Assembly: GCA_942493285.1 (NCBI GenBank)
Contig: OW818691.1
Location: forward strand, 8,030,532-8,094,531
Reading direction: 5' to 3'
Length of the DNA stretch: 64,000 nucleotides
Source: an uncultured Myxococcia bacterium
Lineage (GTDB): Bacteria > Myxococcota_A > UBA9042 > PHBI01
In this document: positions 17,862 to 28,200 of the stretch, in pieces
How the letters are laid out: every line of letters begins with the position of its first letter
Numbering within the stretch: position 1 is the first letter of the stretch
Made by a program: the position numbers and the translations under genes
Notes under the pieces: model-generated
Told to the model about the DNA's origin: nothing
The model's database searches: none
What the model saw: the letters and a program-made list of their open reading frames with translations, nothing else

Positions 17862-18659
17862 ATGGTCTTCATCACCACCCAGACTACGCCGCGCGCAGTT
17901 CGGCTGGCCATGGCTTGCCTGGTGCTGGTCGCGGCAGGGTGCGGCGACGACGACAAGCGCCCGTTCGGCTCGTCCTGCGGCAGTGACGAGCAATGCGAAG
18001 GTGGTCTCTGCGTTGCACAGGTCTGCATCGACCCCGCCGGCGACGAAGACACAGATGGGCTCACCAACGGCCTCGAACGTCAGCTCGGCTCCGACGTGTT
18101 CGCTGCCGACACGGACGGTGACCTCATCGCCGACCGCGACGAGCTAGGCCCCGACTTCGCCCTCACCGACACCGACGCCGACACCATCCCCGACATCCTC
18201 GAGAGCGCAACGGGCGACACGGACGCCGACTGCATCACCGACCAGTACGATGCCGCCAACGACGTCCCCGACAACGATAAATCCCCTATGCTCTCGGTGG
18301 TTTGCCGGCGCGGCGGCATATGTCAGACCCAGCTCGCAGGGCTCGCCGTCGACTGCTCGACCGGCACCGCGGCCTGCGACTACTCCGGCATCACCGGCTT
18401 CGCCGACCCCGAAGCCGTCTGCGATGGGCGCGACGAGAACTGCGACGGCAGCATCGACGAAGCCTTCGCGGGCCAGGCTTGCGACACGACCGCCCGCCCA
18501 TGGCTCGCCCCCGGCAACGGCACCTACGCAGCCGGCAGCACCCGGTATCGCGCAGCACTCGGGTTTGGCCCGGTGCCCTCCAACATCGCGACCTCACCCC
18601 GCTATCGGGTCGAGGTCGGATTCTCACCTTCTCTTCTCTCGACCGAGGTCAGCCGATGA
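17862..18659 (+). CDS. Lipoprotein with thrombospondin-type-3-like calcium-binding Asp repeats and a Cys-rich CxxRDENCDG putative metal-binding motif
   Basis: Signal/lipobox MVFITT...LVLVAAGCGDDD. DTDGD/DTDAD/DxDxD repeats. The CDGRDENCDGSIDE motif is typical of myxobacterial surface proteins. Confidence 0.65.
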   Translation: MVFITTQTTPRAVRLAMACLVLVAAGCGDDDKRPFGSSCGSDEQCEGGLCVAQVCIDPAGDEDTDGLTNGLERQLGSDVFAADTDGDLIADRDELGPDFALTDTDADTIPDILESATGDTDADCITDQYDAANDVPDNDKSPMLSVVCRRGGICQTQLAGLAVDCSTGTAACDYSGITGFADPEAVCDGRDENCDGSIDEAFAGQACDTTARPWLAPGNGTYAAGSTRYRAALGFGPVPSNIATSPRYRVEVGFSPSLLSTEVSR

Positions 18660-20368
18660 ACCGCTTGTCCATCGCAGCCTGTGCCCTTCTCGCAGGGCTC
18701 ACCCAACTCGCGACCCAGTCCCCCGTCCGCGCCGAGGTTCCCAACCTCATCGCGATTCACGGCGTCTTGAGCGAGATCGACGGGACTCTCGTCGAAGGTG
18801 AGACCGACCTCACGCTCCTGCTCTACGCGGGACCGTTCGAAACGACTCCGATCTGGACGGAAGAGCGCACGGGCGACGACCGCGTCGAGCTTCAGCGAGG
18901 CTACTTCTCGCTCTATCTCGGCGAAGTCGCGCCACTCGACCCGACCATCATCGCCACCGCAGACGAGCTCTGGCTCGCGCTCAAGGTGGGCGACGACGAC
19001 GAGATGACACGTATCCGCTTCCCGTCCGTGCCCTACGCATTCGTGGCCAGCGACGTGCGTGGCGACATCCATCCACGCTCTATCACCGTCGATGGCAAAC
19101 CCATCATCGACTCGGCCGGCCGATGGGTCGGCGAGACCAGCGGCGTCGAAGGTCCTCGCGGCGAACCCGGCGAATCAGTCGTCGCTCTGAGCCTCGGCAC
19201 TGGTGATCCCGACTGCCCCAACGGTGGCTCACGCTTCGAGGTCGCCGGCGCATTCACATACGCCTGCAACGGCGAAACCGGGCCTCAGGGCATCCAGGGC
19301 GAGGTCGGTCCACAAGGCCCCGCGGGCCCCGACAACATCACGACCATCACGGCCGGCACCGGCCTCACGGGAGGGGGCTCGACACCCACGGTCTCCATCG
19401 GCATCGCCGATCTGGGGGTCGGAGCCGTTCAGCTCGCCGCAAACGCCGTCACCACTGCCAAGGTCAGCGACCTCGCCATCACCGACGCAAAGCTCGGGCT
19501 CAACGCCGTGACGACGACCAAGGTTGCCGACCTCGCCATCACCGACGCCAAGCTCGCAGCCAATGCGGTCACGACCGCGAAGGTCAACAATCTCGCCATC
19601 ACCGATGCCAAGCTCGCGCTCAACGCGGTGACGACGACAAAGGTCACCGACCTGGCCATCACCGATGCCAAGCTCGCGCTCAACGCGGTGACGACGACGA
19701 AGGTCGCCGACCTGGCCATCACCGATGCCAAGCTCGCGCTCAACGCAGTGACGACGACGAAGGTCGCCGACCTGGCCATCACCGATGCGAAGCTCGCGCT
19801 CAACGCGGTGACGACGACGAAGGTCGCCGACCTGGCCATCACCGACGCGAAGCTCGCTGCCAACGCCGTGACGACCGTGAAGATCAACAACCTCGCGGTG
19901 ACCGAGGCCAAGCTCGCCAACGGCGCCGTGGCCAACGCCAAGCTTGCGGCGAATGCGGTGACGACGGACAAGATCGCCGACGGCTCCATCACGCTGAGCA
20001 AGACCAAGCTGCCGTCGGCCACGGTCATCGGCTCGACCGAGAACGGTGTGTCGACGTGGTTCGCCACTCAGACCGTGACGCTCGGTGCCGACGATTCCTG
20101 CATCGTCGCGGTCACCGCCAGCACCACCGAGAACGCGTCCTTCCGGGTCCGGCCGGTCCTTCGACTCGGCGCGAACACCGTCTCGCTCAACAGCTTCGGT
20201 CACTCTTCCAGCGTCTCCAGCTCTGCAGGCCAGGACTTCTTCGGTGGGCGCGCCGCTTCGACCACTGCCGTCCTGACCCCAACGGCCGCCGGCAACTGGC
20301 AGGTCGGTTGTGAGATCCCCTTCAACCCGACGACCATCGAATGCGCCGTGAGCTACATCTGCCATTGA
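18656..20368 (+). CDS. Secreted collagen-like/repeat protein: signal peptide, short G-X-Y collagen triple-helix segment, then 9 tandem 20-aa repeats (NAVTTTKVADLAITDAKLAL)
   Basis: Signal peptide MNRLSIAACALLAGLTQLA. GETGPQGIQGEVGPQGPAGP G-X-Y run. 60-bp tandem repeats about 19435-19980, almost identical at the DNA level. ATGA overlap with the upstream gene. Confidence 0.7.
   Translation: MNRLSIAACALLAGLTQLATQSPVRAEVPNLIAIHGVLSEIDGTLVEGETDLTLLLYAGPFETTPIWTEERTGDDRVELQRGYFSLYLGEVAPLDPTIIATADELWLALKVGDDDEMTRIRFPSVPYAFVASDVRGDIHPRSITVDGKPIIDSAGRWVGETSGVEGPRGEPGESVVALSLGTGDPDCPNGGSRFEVAGAFTYACNGETGPQGIQGEVGPQGPAGPDNITTITAGTGLTGGGSTPTVSIGIADLGVGAVQLAANAVTTAKVSDLAITDAKLGLNAVTTTKVADLAITDAKLAANAVTTAKVNNLAITDAKLALNAVTTTKVTDLAITDAKLALNAVTTTKVADLAITDAKLALNAVTTTKVADLAITDAKLALNAVTTTKVADLAITDAKLAANAVTTVKINNLAVTEAKLANGAVANAKLAANAVTTDKIADGSITLSKTKLPSATVIGSTENGVSTWFATQTVTLGADDSCIVAVTASTTENASFRVRPVLRLGANTVSLNSFGHSSSVSSSAGQDFFGGRAASTTAVLTPTAAGNWQVGCEIPFNPTTIECAVSYICH
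19435..19980 (+). repeat. Tandem 60-bp repeat x9; the central five copies are nearly identical at the nucleotide level
   Basis: Repeated ctcgcgctcaacgcggtgacgacgacgaaggtcgccgacctggccatcaccgatgccaag units; in frame. Confidence 0.85.
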
Positions 20369-20736
20369 GTACCGTCGTCATTCTCTCGCTCGCGGTCTTC
20401 GCCTGCGGCTGCAATTCCGCCTCGCCCAACGCGGCGATGGCGCCTGCCTTCGCCTTGGCTTGTGCCTCGACGGACACGCCGACCGAATCCACGTTCCACT
20501 GCGTGCGCACCGACACCCGCAATGGCGACGTGCGCCTCATCGACCTCGACCGCGTCCCTATCACCTCGGGCTCGTCGCGCGCTGGCGACGAGGAGTCCGG
20601 CACCTATCAGACCTTCTGCGACGCCACGACCACATCCCAGACCTCAGACCTGCGCTGCGTGCGTCTCCACACCCGCACCGGTGAGGTCGTCGTGCTCGCC
20701 CTGGCCGAGCTCCCCCGGTGGCCGACCTCTCCGTGA
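20341..20736 (+). CDS. Small lipoprotein (131 aa)
   Basis: Lipobox LAVFACGC after a hydrophobic h-region; GC3 bias. The start is uncertain because it overlaps the 3' end of the preceding gene by 28 nt. Confidence 0.5.
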   Translation: MRRELHLPLSTVVILSLAVFACGCNSASPNAAMAPAFALACASTDTPTESTFHCVRTDTRNGDVRLIDLDRVPITSGSSRAGDEESGTYQTFCDATTTSQTSDLRCVRLHTRTGEVVVLALAELPRWPTSP

Positions 20737-22340
20737 CGCCCGACCACGCTTCGCCCCTGCCTGTCCGCCTCGTCGAGCGATGGCAGGCTTGGCTCCTCCT
20801 GGCTCTGCCGCTCGTGTGGGCGACGCTCGTCCTGTCGGACAACTACTTCACCGACCCGGACAGCTACCTGCACTTCGGCGTCGCCCGCCGCATCGTCGAG
20901 CAGGGTTGGGTCCACACCTTCGAGTGGCTGCCACACACGACGCTACACGACCCCTTCCCCAACATGTACATCGGCCAGCATCTCCTGTTGGCGCCCCTGT
21001 CGCTCCTCTTCGACCCAGAGCTCGGCCTCCGCCTGTCGATCCTCATGCTGAGCAGCCTCAGCACCCTGTCACTCCACCTCGTCCTGAAGCGCAACGGCGT
21101 GACCTTCACCGCCCCGTGGGTGGTTCTCGGCCTGCTCTCCTGCCCGGTGGCCCTGTCGTATTCGGTGTTCCTCAAGGGCGCGACGACTTTCCTCATCCTC
21201 CTCCCCTGGTTCATCGACGCCGTCTGGCGCGCGCACGAACCCACGACTCTCACCAACTGGCGACGATTCCTCCACGGCCCCTGGCGCGTCTATCTGCTCG
21301 CCTGGCTCAGCGTCTATGTCTACGTCGGCGCCACGGTCCTGCTCGGCTTCGTCTTCACCCACCTCGTCGTCGCACGGGTCTGGAACGGGCGCTGGGACCT
21401 GCGACCCCTCGCTGCGACCCTGCTAGGCCTCCTCACCGGGATGCTCCTCAACCCGTCCTGGCCGGCCCACTGGGAGTACGTCGCGCGTGAGCTCCTCACG
21501 GTCTTCAACCGCGACCCGAACCTCGTCCCAGGTGAGTTCCGCGGCGCCGAGTGGGCCATCCTCACGACCGACATGCTGGTCCGGCTCGTCGGCCCCGCAC
21601 TCCTCGTCTGGGCCGCACTCCTGCTGACAAACCTGCGCCTCGGCGCGCGCCTCGACGCCAAGTCGGTGAGCGGTGCCATCGCCTCTCTGGGTCTCCTCTT
21701 CCTGGGGCTGCTCTCGGGCACCAAGCTCATCCAGCTCTTCGTCTTCGTGTCCGTCCTCACGCTCCCACTCATCGCCGGCCAGCTCACCTCGACCCTGCGA
21801 ACCGACCCCCAGCTCCGGCTCTCGCCGCGCGGACTTCACCTCGTCACGGCCCTCGCCCTCGCCTTCGGAATCGGCACCAGCGCGTTGTCCTACTCGACGC
21901 TTCGCACCGAGCTCGCCGAGCCCTACGTCGCCAGACCAACCGACTATCGCGACCTCGCCGAATGGTTCGTCGAGCGCACCGGCCCACGAGAGATGGTCGT
22001 CGCCCCATGGGACGTCATGCCCGGCCTGTTCCTGTTCGGGACCGACCAACGCTTCATGGCCGGCTACAACGTCCAGTTCCTGCGCGACCACGACGAGCAG
22101 CGATTCAACGCCTATGTCTTCTTTCAGCGCGGCCAGGTCGCCGACCCTGAAGCCACGATGGTCCGATTCTTCGACGGCGCGCGCTTCGTCATCGTGCACC
22201 GGGTGCCGCGCTCCGCCGGCGAATCGCTCCTCACCGAACGCCTGGCCGAACGCCGAACCCACTTCGTCGAGCTGGCCTCGCCGAGCAACCTCTGGCGTAT
22301 CTTCCGCCGCCTGCCGAGCGCTGGTGAGGGCCTGCCGTGA
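20718..22340 (+). CDS. Polytopic membrane glycosyltransferase, GT-C fold (ArnT/PMT/GT39-83-like), putative
   Basis: 540 aa with at least 10 predicted TM helices. The first periplasmic loop carries an acidic DxD-like DPDSY motif after TM1, as in ArnT/PMT enzymes. It is immediately followed by, and overlaps, a GT2 polyprenyl-phosphate glycosyltransferase gene. Confidence 0.55.
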   Translation: MADLSVTPDHASPLPVRLVERWQAWLLLALPLVWATLVLSDNYFTDPDSYLHFGVARRIVEQGWVHTFEWLPHTTLHDPFPNMYIGQHLLLAPLSLLFDPELGLRLSILMLSSLSTLSLHLVLKRNGVTFTAPWVVLGLLSCPVALSYSVFLKGATTFLILLPWFIDAVWRAHEPTTLTNWRRFLHGPWRVYLLAWLSVYVYVGATVLLGFVFTHLVVARVWNGRWDLRPLAATLLGLLTGMLLNPSWPAHWEYVARELLTVFNRDPNLVPGEFRGAEWAILTTDMLVRLVGPALLVWAALLLTNLRLGARLDAKSVSGAIASLGLLFLGLLSGTKLIQLFVFVSVLTLPLIAGQLTSTLRTDPQLRLSPRGLHLVTALALAFGIGTSALSYSTLRTELAEPYVARPTDYRDLAEWFVERTGPREMVVAPWDVMPGLFLFGTDQRFMAGYNVQFLRDHDEQRFNAYVFFQRGQVADPEATMVRFFDGARFVIVHRVPRSAGESLLTERLAERRTHFVELASPSNLWRIFRRLPSAGEGLP

Positions 22341-23146
22341 GGTCCTCTTCGACGTCCCATGCAACCCCTCTCCGCGCGCTCCACCTCAGCATCATCGTCC
22401 CTGCGTACAACGAGGCGGCGCGACTTCCCACGACCCTCACCAGACTCGCATCGTGGTCGCATTCGCAGGTGTTCGCGCCAGGTCCAGGCTCTCCATCAGC
22501 CATCGAAATCATCGTCGTCGACGACGGCTCTCGTGACGCCACGACGAGCGTCGCGCTCCATCATCCGGCTCGCGCAAGCCTCGTCAACGCCTCGTCCCGA
22601 CTTGCGTTTCGTTTGATTCGCCTGCCCTTCAATCGCGGCAAAGGGGCTGCCGTGAAGGCCGGCGTCACCGCCGCGCGCGGCGATGTCATCCTGTTCTGCG
22701 ATGCCGACCTCTCGACACCCATCGAGCACTATCTCGACCTCGTGGCCGCGCTCTCGACCGACACCCCAATCGCCATCGGGACGCGCACACTGCCATCGTC
22801 CACCGTAGAGCTCGACCGACCTCCACACCGCGTAGCCATGAGCCGCGTCTTCAACCGAGTCGCGCGCCTCGCCACCGGAGTCCAGGTCTCCGATGCCCTG
22901 TGTGGCTTCAAGCTCTTCGAACGCAGAGCAGCCCACGCCGTCTTCGCGTCCCTCCAGACCCAGGGCTTCGCCTTCGACGTCGAGCTCCTCTCAGTCGCCC
23001 AGCGTCTCGGCCTCACCGTTGCCGAGGTCCCTATCACCTGGCGTCACGACCCACGCTCGACGACGCGCCCGTTTCGGGACGCCTTCATCGCGCTCCGCGA
23101 CCTCGGCCGGATGTTTCACCGACGCCTCCGTCCCGATCGACACTAA
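22337..23146 (+). CDS. Family 2 glycosyltransferase, polyprenyl-phosphate sugar transferase type (DPM1/ArnC-like)
   Basis: LSIIVPAYNEA, DDGSRD and FCDADL(S) motifs of GT2 with a DxD. GTG start overlapping the upstream stop (GTGA). Confidence 0.8.
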   Translation: MRSSSTSHATPLRALHLSIIVPAYNEAARLPTTLTRLASWSHSQVFAPGPGSPSAIEIIVVDDGSRDATTSVALHHPARASLVNASSRLAFRLIRLPFNRGKGAAVKAGVTAARGDVILFCDADLSTPIEHYLDLVAALSTDTPIAIGTRTLPSSTVELDRPPHRVAMSRVFNRVARLATGVQVSDALCGFKLFERRAAHAVFASLQTQGFAFDVELLSVAQRLGLTVAEVPITWRHDPRSTTRPFRDAFIALRDLGRMFHRRLRPDRH

Positions 23147-23233
23147 GGCCGACACCCTTCATTGACGCCTTTGGGGTCGCGGTCGTCCCGCCGCCGCATG
23201 ATTCAATGCGACGCTTCGCGGATCCCCCTCGCC

Positions 23234-25183
23234 TCACTCCGCGACGGTGACCGGGACAGTGAAGCTCTCGTCCATCGCCAACACCTTCGCCTGCCAGTCG
23301 CGCCCCGTGTAGGTGTGCCGCGCGCGGATCTGAATGGTCGTTTCCCCAGCGGCCCGAAGGGCTTCGAGGTCGACCTGCGTCCCATCGAAGACCATGGTCT
23401 TGAAGCGGCCGGCATAGGTGTTGGTGATGTCGGCCCCGGCAGTCGGGAAGGCGAATCCGTAGGTTGGAATGACCAACCGCTTCGCGATCCCGTCTTCGAC
23501 CCCCACGAACTCCCAGCGGAACTCGATCGAGTTCTTCTTCGTCAAGGTCGCCGTCAGACCTGCCACCGTCAGGACGTCGGGAAATGCCGCGATTTCCACG
23601 AAGTCCAACACCCCATTGCGGTCGAGGTCACCAAAGCCCATCTCCGCCCAGGCGACCTCGTCGCCCGGGTGTGGTGGACCCGACAACATGTTGCCCATCA
23701 GCTCGAGCGGATATTGCAGCTGCCCCGCCAGATCGAGATACAGGTCACGCGCCCCATACGAATGTGCCAGCTCATGTGCAATCAGATAGGCGTTGTACGG
23801 CGACCAGATGGCCATGTGCCCCTTCTCGAAATACAACCCGCCGAACCCCCAGAAGTCCATCGACGGTGCCGACACGATGAGCTTGTCATATCCCTCGAGC
23901 ATCGGGCACCCGCGGGCCGCAAGCCATGCGTCGAGCTCCCGCGAATAGTCCGACCAATAGTTCGCCCCGGTCAGGAAGTCGCTCGCCTGGACGCCGCCCG
24001 TGACGATCCACTCGAAGTCCACGACCTCGCGCCCGGCGCGCCGCATCCCCAGGTCCGCATACCAGCTCTCGATAGTAGCGAAGTCGATCTCGTCTTTGAC
24101 ATCCTCGAACCGGTTCTCGCACGGGTCCTCGAACTGCGTGTGGCTGTCGACCAGCACCAACCGGATCCGCTGATTGCCAATTGGCAGTCCGTTGGCAGAC
24201 CCGAGCCAAGGCACCTGATTGACACACTTGCCATCGACACACGCTCCGTCCGTGCACTCGGCATCGCTGCAGCACATGGCCCCCGGAAAGAAGACTCCGT
24301 CGCAACACACCGCGCTGAAGTAGCTCTGGCTCGGCGTCTCACACTCCCCCGCGCACCACGTCGCCGGGAAGTGATACTGCCCACAGCTCACCGCCTCGGT
24401 GTCCGGAAACAACACCGCCGCTCGCGGCTCGAAGATATTGTCGACCTCGTCGGTCCCTTCCAGACGCGTCCCGAAGACCAGCGTGACGATGATGTCGCCG
24501 CCCGCCGAGAACACCGTCGGTCGCTGCGCGGTGAGCGTCGCGGTCAAGGTCACGGACGCATTCGCCGCAAGCTGGAAGCCCTCTGTGTCGGCCCAGGTCG
24601 CATCCGCCAGGAGCCACGTCTGCGGGTTCTTCCATCGGAACGGCACATTCAGCTCGGCGTTCGTCTTGTTCACCAGCCGAACCTCGAACGGATACGTCTC
24701 ACCGACCACGGCCTCATCGGGTGCCGAGATGACCTGCACCTCGTGGGTCCCGAAGTCGGTGGTCAAGGTCGCCTCACCCGTGCTGAGCCGATGGCACACC
24801 CCGAGCTTCACCTCACCCTTACACCGCAGGACGTCATCGACCGGCATGCACCGACCCGGGCACAACCCCGCTCCATCGAGCAGCATGTTGCACGCCTCGA
24901 GGTCCTGACACACTCGCGGCTCGACGACCTCTGCCTCCGCGTCGTCGGCGCCGTCCACCCCGTCCAACCCATCCACCCCGTCCGCCCCGTCAGGCCCCAC
25001 CGCGTCGCCATCATCGCCGTCCTCGGCCGCGTCGCCGTCAACCGGCCCGACCCCGTCGTCCGTGTCCACGCCATCCGCCAATGCGTCCCGCGGCCCTTCG
25101 CCCTCGTCCCCACCACATGCGGGGCCGACCGACACAACCATCGACAACGACAACAAGAACAGCGGCACGAGCGACTTCATGGC
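23234..25183 (-). CDS. Secreted lipoprotein, putative zinc metallopeptidase (HExxH) with Asp/Gly-rich linker and Cys-rich region
   Basis: Signal/lipobox MKSLVPLFLLSLSMVVSVGPACGG. A DGxDG acidic low-complexity linker. HELAHSYG zincin-like motif. Many Cys pairs. Confidence 0.6.
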   Translation of the reverse strand, partial: AMKSLVPLFLLSLSMVVSVGPACGGDEGEGPRDALADGVDTDDGVGPVDGDAAEDGDDGDAVGPDGADGVDGLDGVDGADDAEAEVVEPRVCQDLEACNMLLDGAGLCPGRCMPVDDVLRCKGEVKLGVCHRLSTGEATLTTDFGTHEVQVISAPDEAVVGETYPFEVRLVNKTNAELNVPFRWKNPQTWLLADATWADTEGFQLAANASVTLTATLTAQRPTVFSAGGDIIVTLVFGTRLEGTDEVDNIFEPRAAVLFPDTEAVSCGQYHFPATWCAGECETPSQSYFSAVCCDGVFFPGAMCCSDAECTDGACVDGKCVNQVPWLGSANGLPIGNQRIRLVLVDSHTQFEDPCENRFEDVKDEIDFATIESWYADLGMRRAGREVVDFEWIVTGGVQASDFLTGANYWSDYSRELDAWLAARGCPMLEGYDKLIVSAPSMDFWGFGGLYFEKGHMAIWSPYNAYLIAHELAHSYGARDLYLDLAGQLQYPLELMGNMLSGPPHPGDEVAWAEMGFGDLDRNGVLDFVEIAAFPDVLTVAGLTATLTKKNSIEFRWEFVGVEDGIAKRLVIPTYGFAFPTAGADITNTYAGRFKTMVFDGTQVDLEALRAAGETTIQIRARHTYTGRDWQAKVLAMDESFTVPVTVAE

Positions 25184-25260
25184 AACCTCGGGGCGAAGGC
25201 GGGAGCCTCTACCGGAAACCACCCCTCGAGTCACGCCCTCGCTGCGAATCGCTACGAAGC

Positions 25261-28200
25261 TCAGCCCGGGTCCTTCGGCCGACGCACACGCGCGCGCTCC
25301 GTCGGAGGCTCCTCGCTCGGCTTCACCGTCGCTCCGCCGACCCCACCCAGCAGCGCCAACAGCTCCCGCGTGAGGGCCGTCGTCTCGTCGAGGTTCTTCG
25401 TCGCCGCCCGCGCCACCGGGATCAACGCGTCGCGCAACACCTCGTTCTGATGGGCGAAGAACGCGCTCAGGTCCGGCGCCGCCACCTCGACCTTCACGTC
25501 CGGGACCCGCACCATCGGCTGCGGAACCGCCGGTGGTGTCGCCACGGCCGCCGCCTTCGCCGCCGTCCCAACCGGCGCCGCCCCCGACGGCGCCACTCCT
25601 CCGCTCACCGTCAATGGTCGCCTCAACGCCTCACGCAACGACGCGATCGCCTTACCCAACTCGCTCACGGCCTCGGCCATCCGCTGCCCCGTCTCGTCGG
25701 CCGCGCCCACGCCCACGCCTGCGCCCGCGCCCGCGCCCACGCCAGCGCCTGCGCCCGCGCCCACGCCAGCGCCCGCGCCCACGCCCGCGCCTGCGCCCAC
25801 GCCCGCCTCCGCCCTCGCTCGGTCGACCCGCTCGGCTTGCGCCTCTTGCGCCGCGACCACCTTCTGCGCCGCCTCGACCAGCGCCCCACGAATCGACCCC
25901 AGCTCACGCCCCATCAAAGACAACTGGCCGGTCACCCGCGTCGCCGGGTCATCCTCCTTGCCGCCGAGCTGGTTACGCCGCACATACTCGCCCTTGATGG
26001 CCTCCCAGCGCTCCTTCTCGGCGCCCTTCAGCGTCCCGCGCAATTCCTTGAGCTTCAAGATATTCGCTTCCGCCCCGGTCGTCAGCGTCTGCGCCTCGCC
26101 CTGGTAATGCCCGTCCAACAACCGCTCGAGCTCGTCGGGCGTCAGCGCCGCCACGACCTTCTCGGCCAGCTTGTTCATGTTGCGGTAGCTGCCCTGCAGC
26201 TTGAAGGGCGGCTCCGTCCGGTAAGCATCCGCAGTCGCCGCCGACGCGATGTACTGCAGGTTGACCGCCAGCAGGACCTCCTGGCACCGGATCAACAGCT
26301 TGAAGATCGAGAGAATCTCGCTCAGCTCCGCCGCCGAGTACCCGTGGCTCAGGTCGGTCGTCGCCACCTGCTCGCCCTTCGCCATCCGGATGAGCTTCAG
26401 AATGTCCCCCGCGTCGCGCGCCGCCAGCGGCGCCAACACCGAGTTCGCCGTCAACGAGTTCTCCAGATAGCTCAGTGCAAAGGCCTCCTTCTTGCCGTCG
26501 AGAATATCGCCAAGGTTGTAGATGTCGGCGCGATTGGCCAACATATCCGGGATCTTGAACGCCTCGCCGCCCTCGGTATAGGGGTTGCCCGCCATGACCA
26601 CACAGAACTTGCGGCCACGCATGTCGTAGGTCTTGGTCCGCCCCCGCCACACACCTTCGATCTTACGCTGCCCGTCGCACAGCGAGATGAACTTCTGCAG
26701 GAACTCCGGATGGGTGTGCTGGATGTCGTCGACCAGCAGCATCACGTTGTTGCCCATCTCGAGCGCAAAGTTCAGGCGTTCGATCTCCTGGCGCGCCGTC
26801 GCGTTCGGCGCCTCCTGCGGGTCCAACGACCGCACATCGTGTCCCAGGGCCGGCCCATTGACCTTCACGAAGACCATGCCGAGTCGGCTCGCGACGTACT
26901 CCATGAGCGTCGTCTTGCCGTAGCCCGGCGGCGAGATGAGCAACAGGAGCCCCATCAGGTCGGTACGCTTCGCGTCGCCCGCGGCGCCGATCTGCTTGGC
27001 CAGGTTCGCCCCGATGAGCGGCAGGTACACCTCGTTCAACAACTGGTTGCGCACGAAGCTCGACAAGATCTGCGGCTTCACCTCGTGGATGCGCAGCTCA
27101 CGTTTGCGCCGCTCGATGAGCCCGGTTAGCAGGTCTCGAAACGCCCGATACCGCGGCACATGATAGGCCCGATAGCTCGAAATCCGAGACAACAGCTCGT
27201 CGAGCCGCACCTCCAACTTGCGCTCGACGACCCGCCCATGCTGGCCGAGCAACCCGTCGACGCTGCCTCTCACCCGTGCCTGGCTCGTCTCTCGCGACAG
27301 GCCCGGCGTCACACACACGACGGCCGCCTCGAACCGATAGGGCCCGAACCTCTCCGGCTCGATGGCCGCGACCGCGTCCACCCAGCTCTTCGCCAGCGCC
27401 AGCCGCCCGGCGACATCCCCATCCAGCGCTCTCAGCTCGTCGTCGAGCCGCGGATTCTCCCGCCGCACCTTGTCGACGAGCTGGTCGCTCTCGCCAGTCG
27501 TCGTGAAGTAGACCGGCTCACGCCCGAGCTCAACGACCAGGAACCGCGTAGCCTCGTCGACCACCGCCTGCACCGCCAAGGCCGAGATCCCGATCTCACG
27601 ACACCACTCACCGACCTTCGCCGCGATCTCTGCCGCCAGCGTCGCCCCGCCCGTCGCCAGGGCCGAGCTCGCGCCCGTCGCCCGACTCGCCCCCAGATGC
27701 GCCAGGCTCACGGCTCGCCGCTGCGCAAACTTCGCCGCCGCCGTCTCGCCCTGATGGTGCCACCACAGAGCCGCCAGCGCCCTCGAGTCAGCCGAGAACC
27801 GTAGCCGCCCGGCCGTCTTCATCATGTCGATGAGCACCGCCAGGATCTTCGTCGCGTCCGCATCATGCAGCCCACGCTCATAACCTTCGCTGTACCGCTC
27901 GTTGGCCACCCCACGCACGAGCTCGAGCAAGGTCTTGCCCTCGCCGCGCTCCGCCGCGAGCAACTCCGCCATGGTCGGCGCTTTCGGCACCCCCAGCTCG
28001 GCGTCCAGAAAGATGCTCGCCGCCAGGAACTCCGCCCGATAGACCTCACTCGTCTCGCTCACCAGCGTCTGGTCCCAGAGCGCCCGCGACTCCACCACGA
28101 CCGGGTCGTCGACCGCCTCGTAATAGTCCGTTCCGGTCAGGTGCAGCGCCAGCCCACCGTCGCGCGGCACGACCGTCATCTCGAAGCTCTGCGTGTTCAC

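Noticed and set aside
23162-25450. 762-aa plus-strand ORF opposite the metallopeptidase lipoprotein gene
   Set aside because: Antisense to a gene with a signal peptide, lipobox and HExxH. Its translation is Arg/His/Pro-rich and has no motif.
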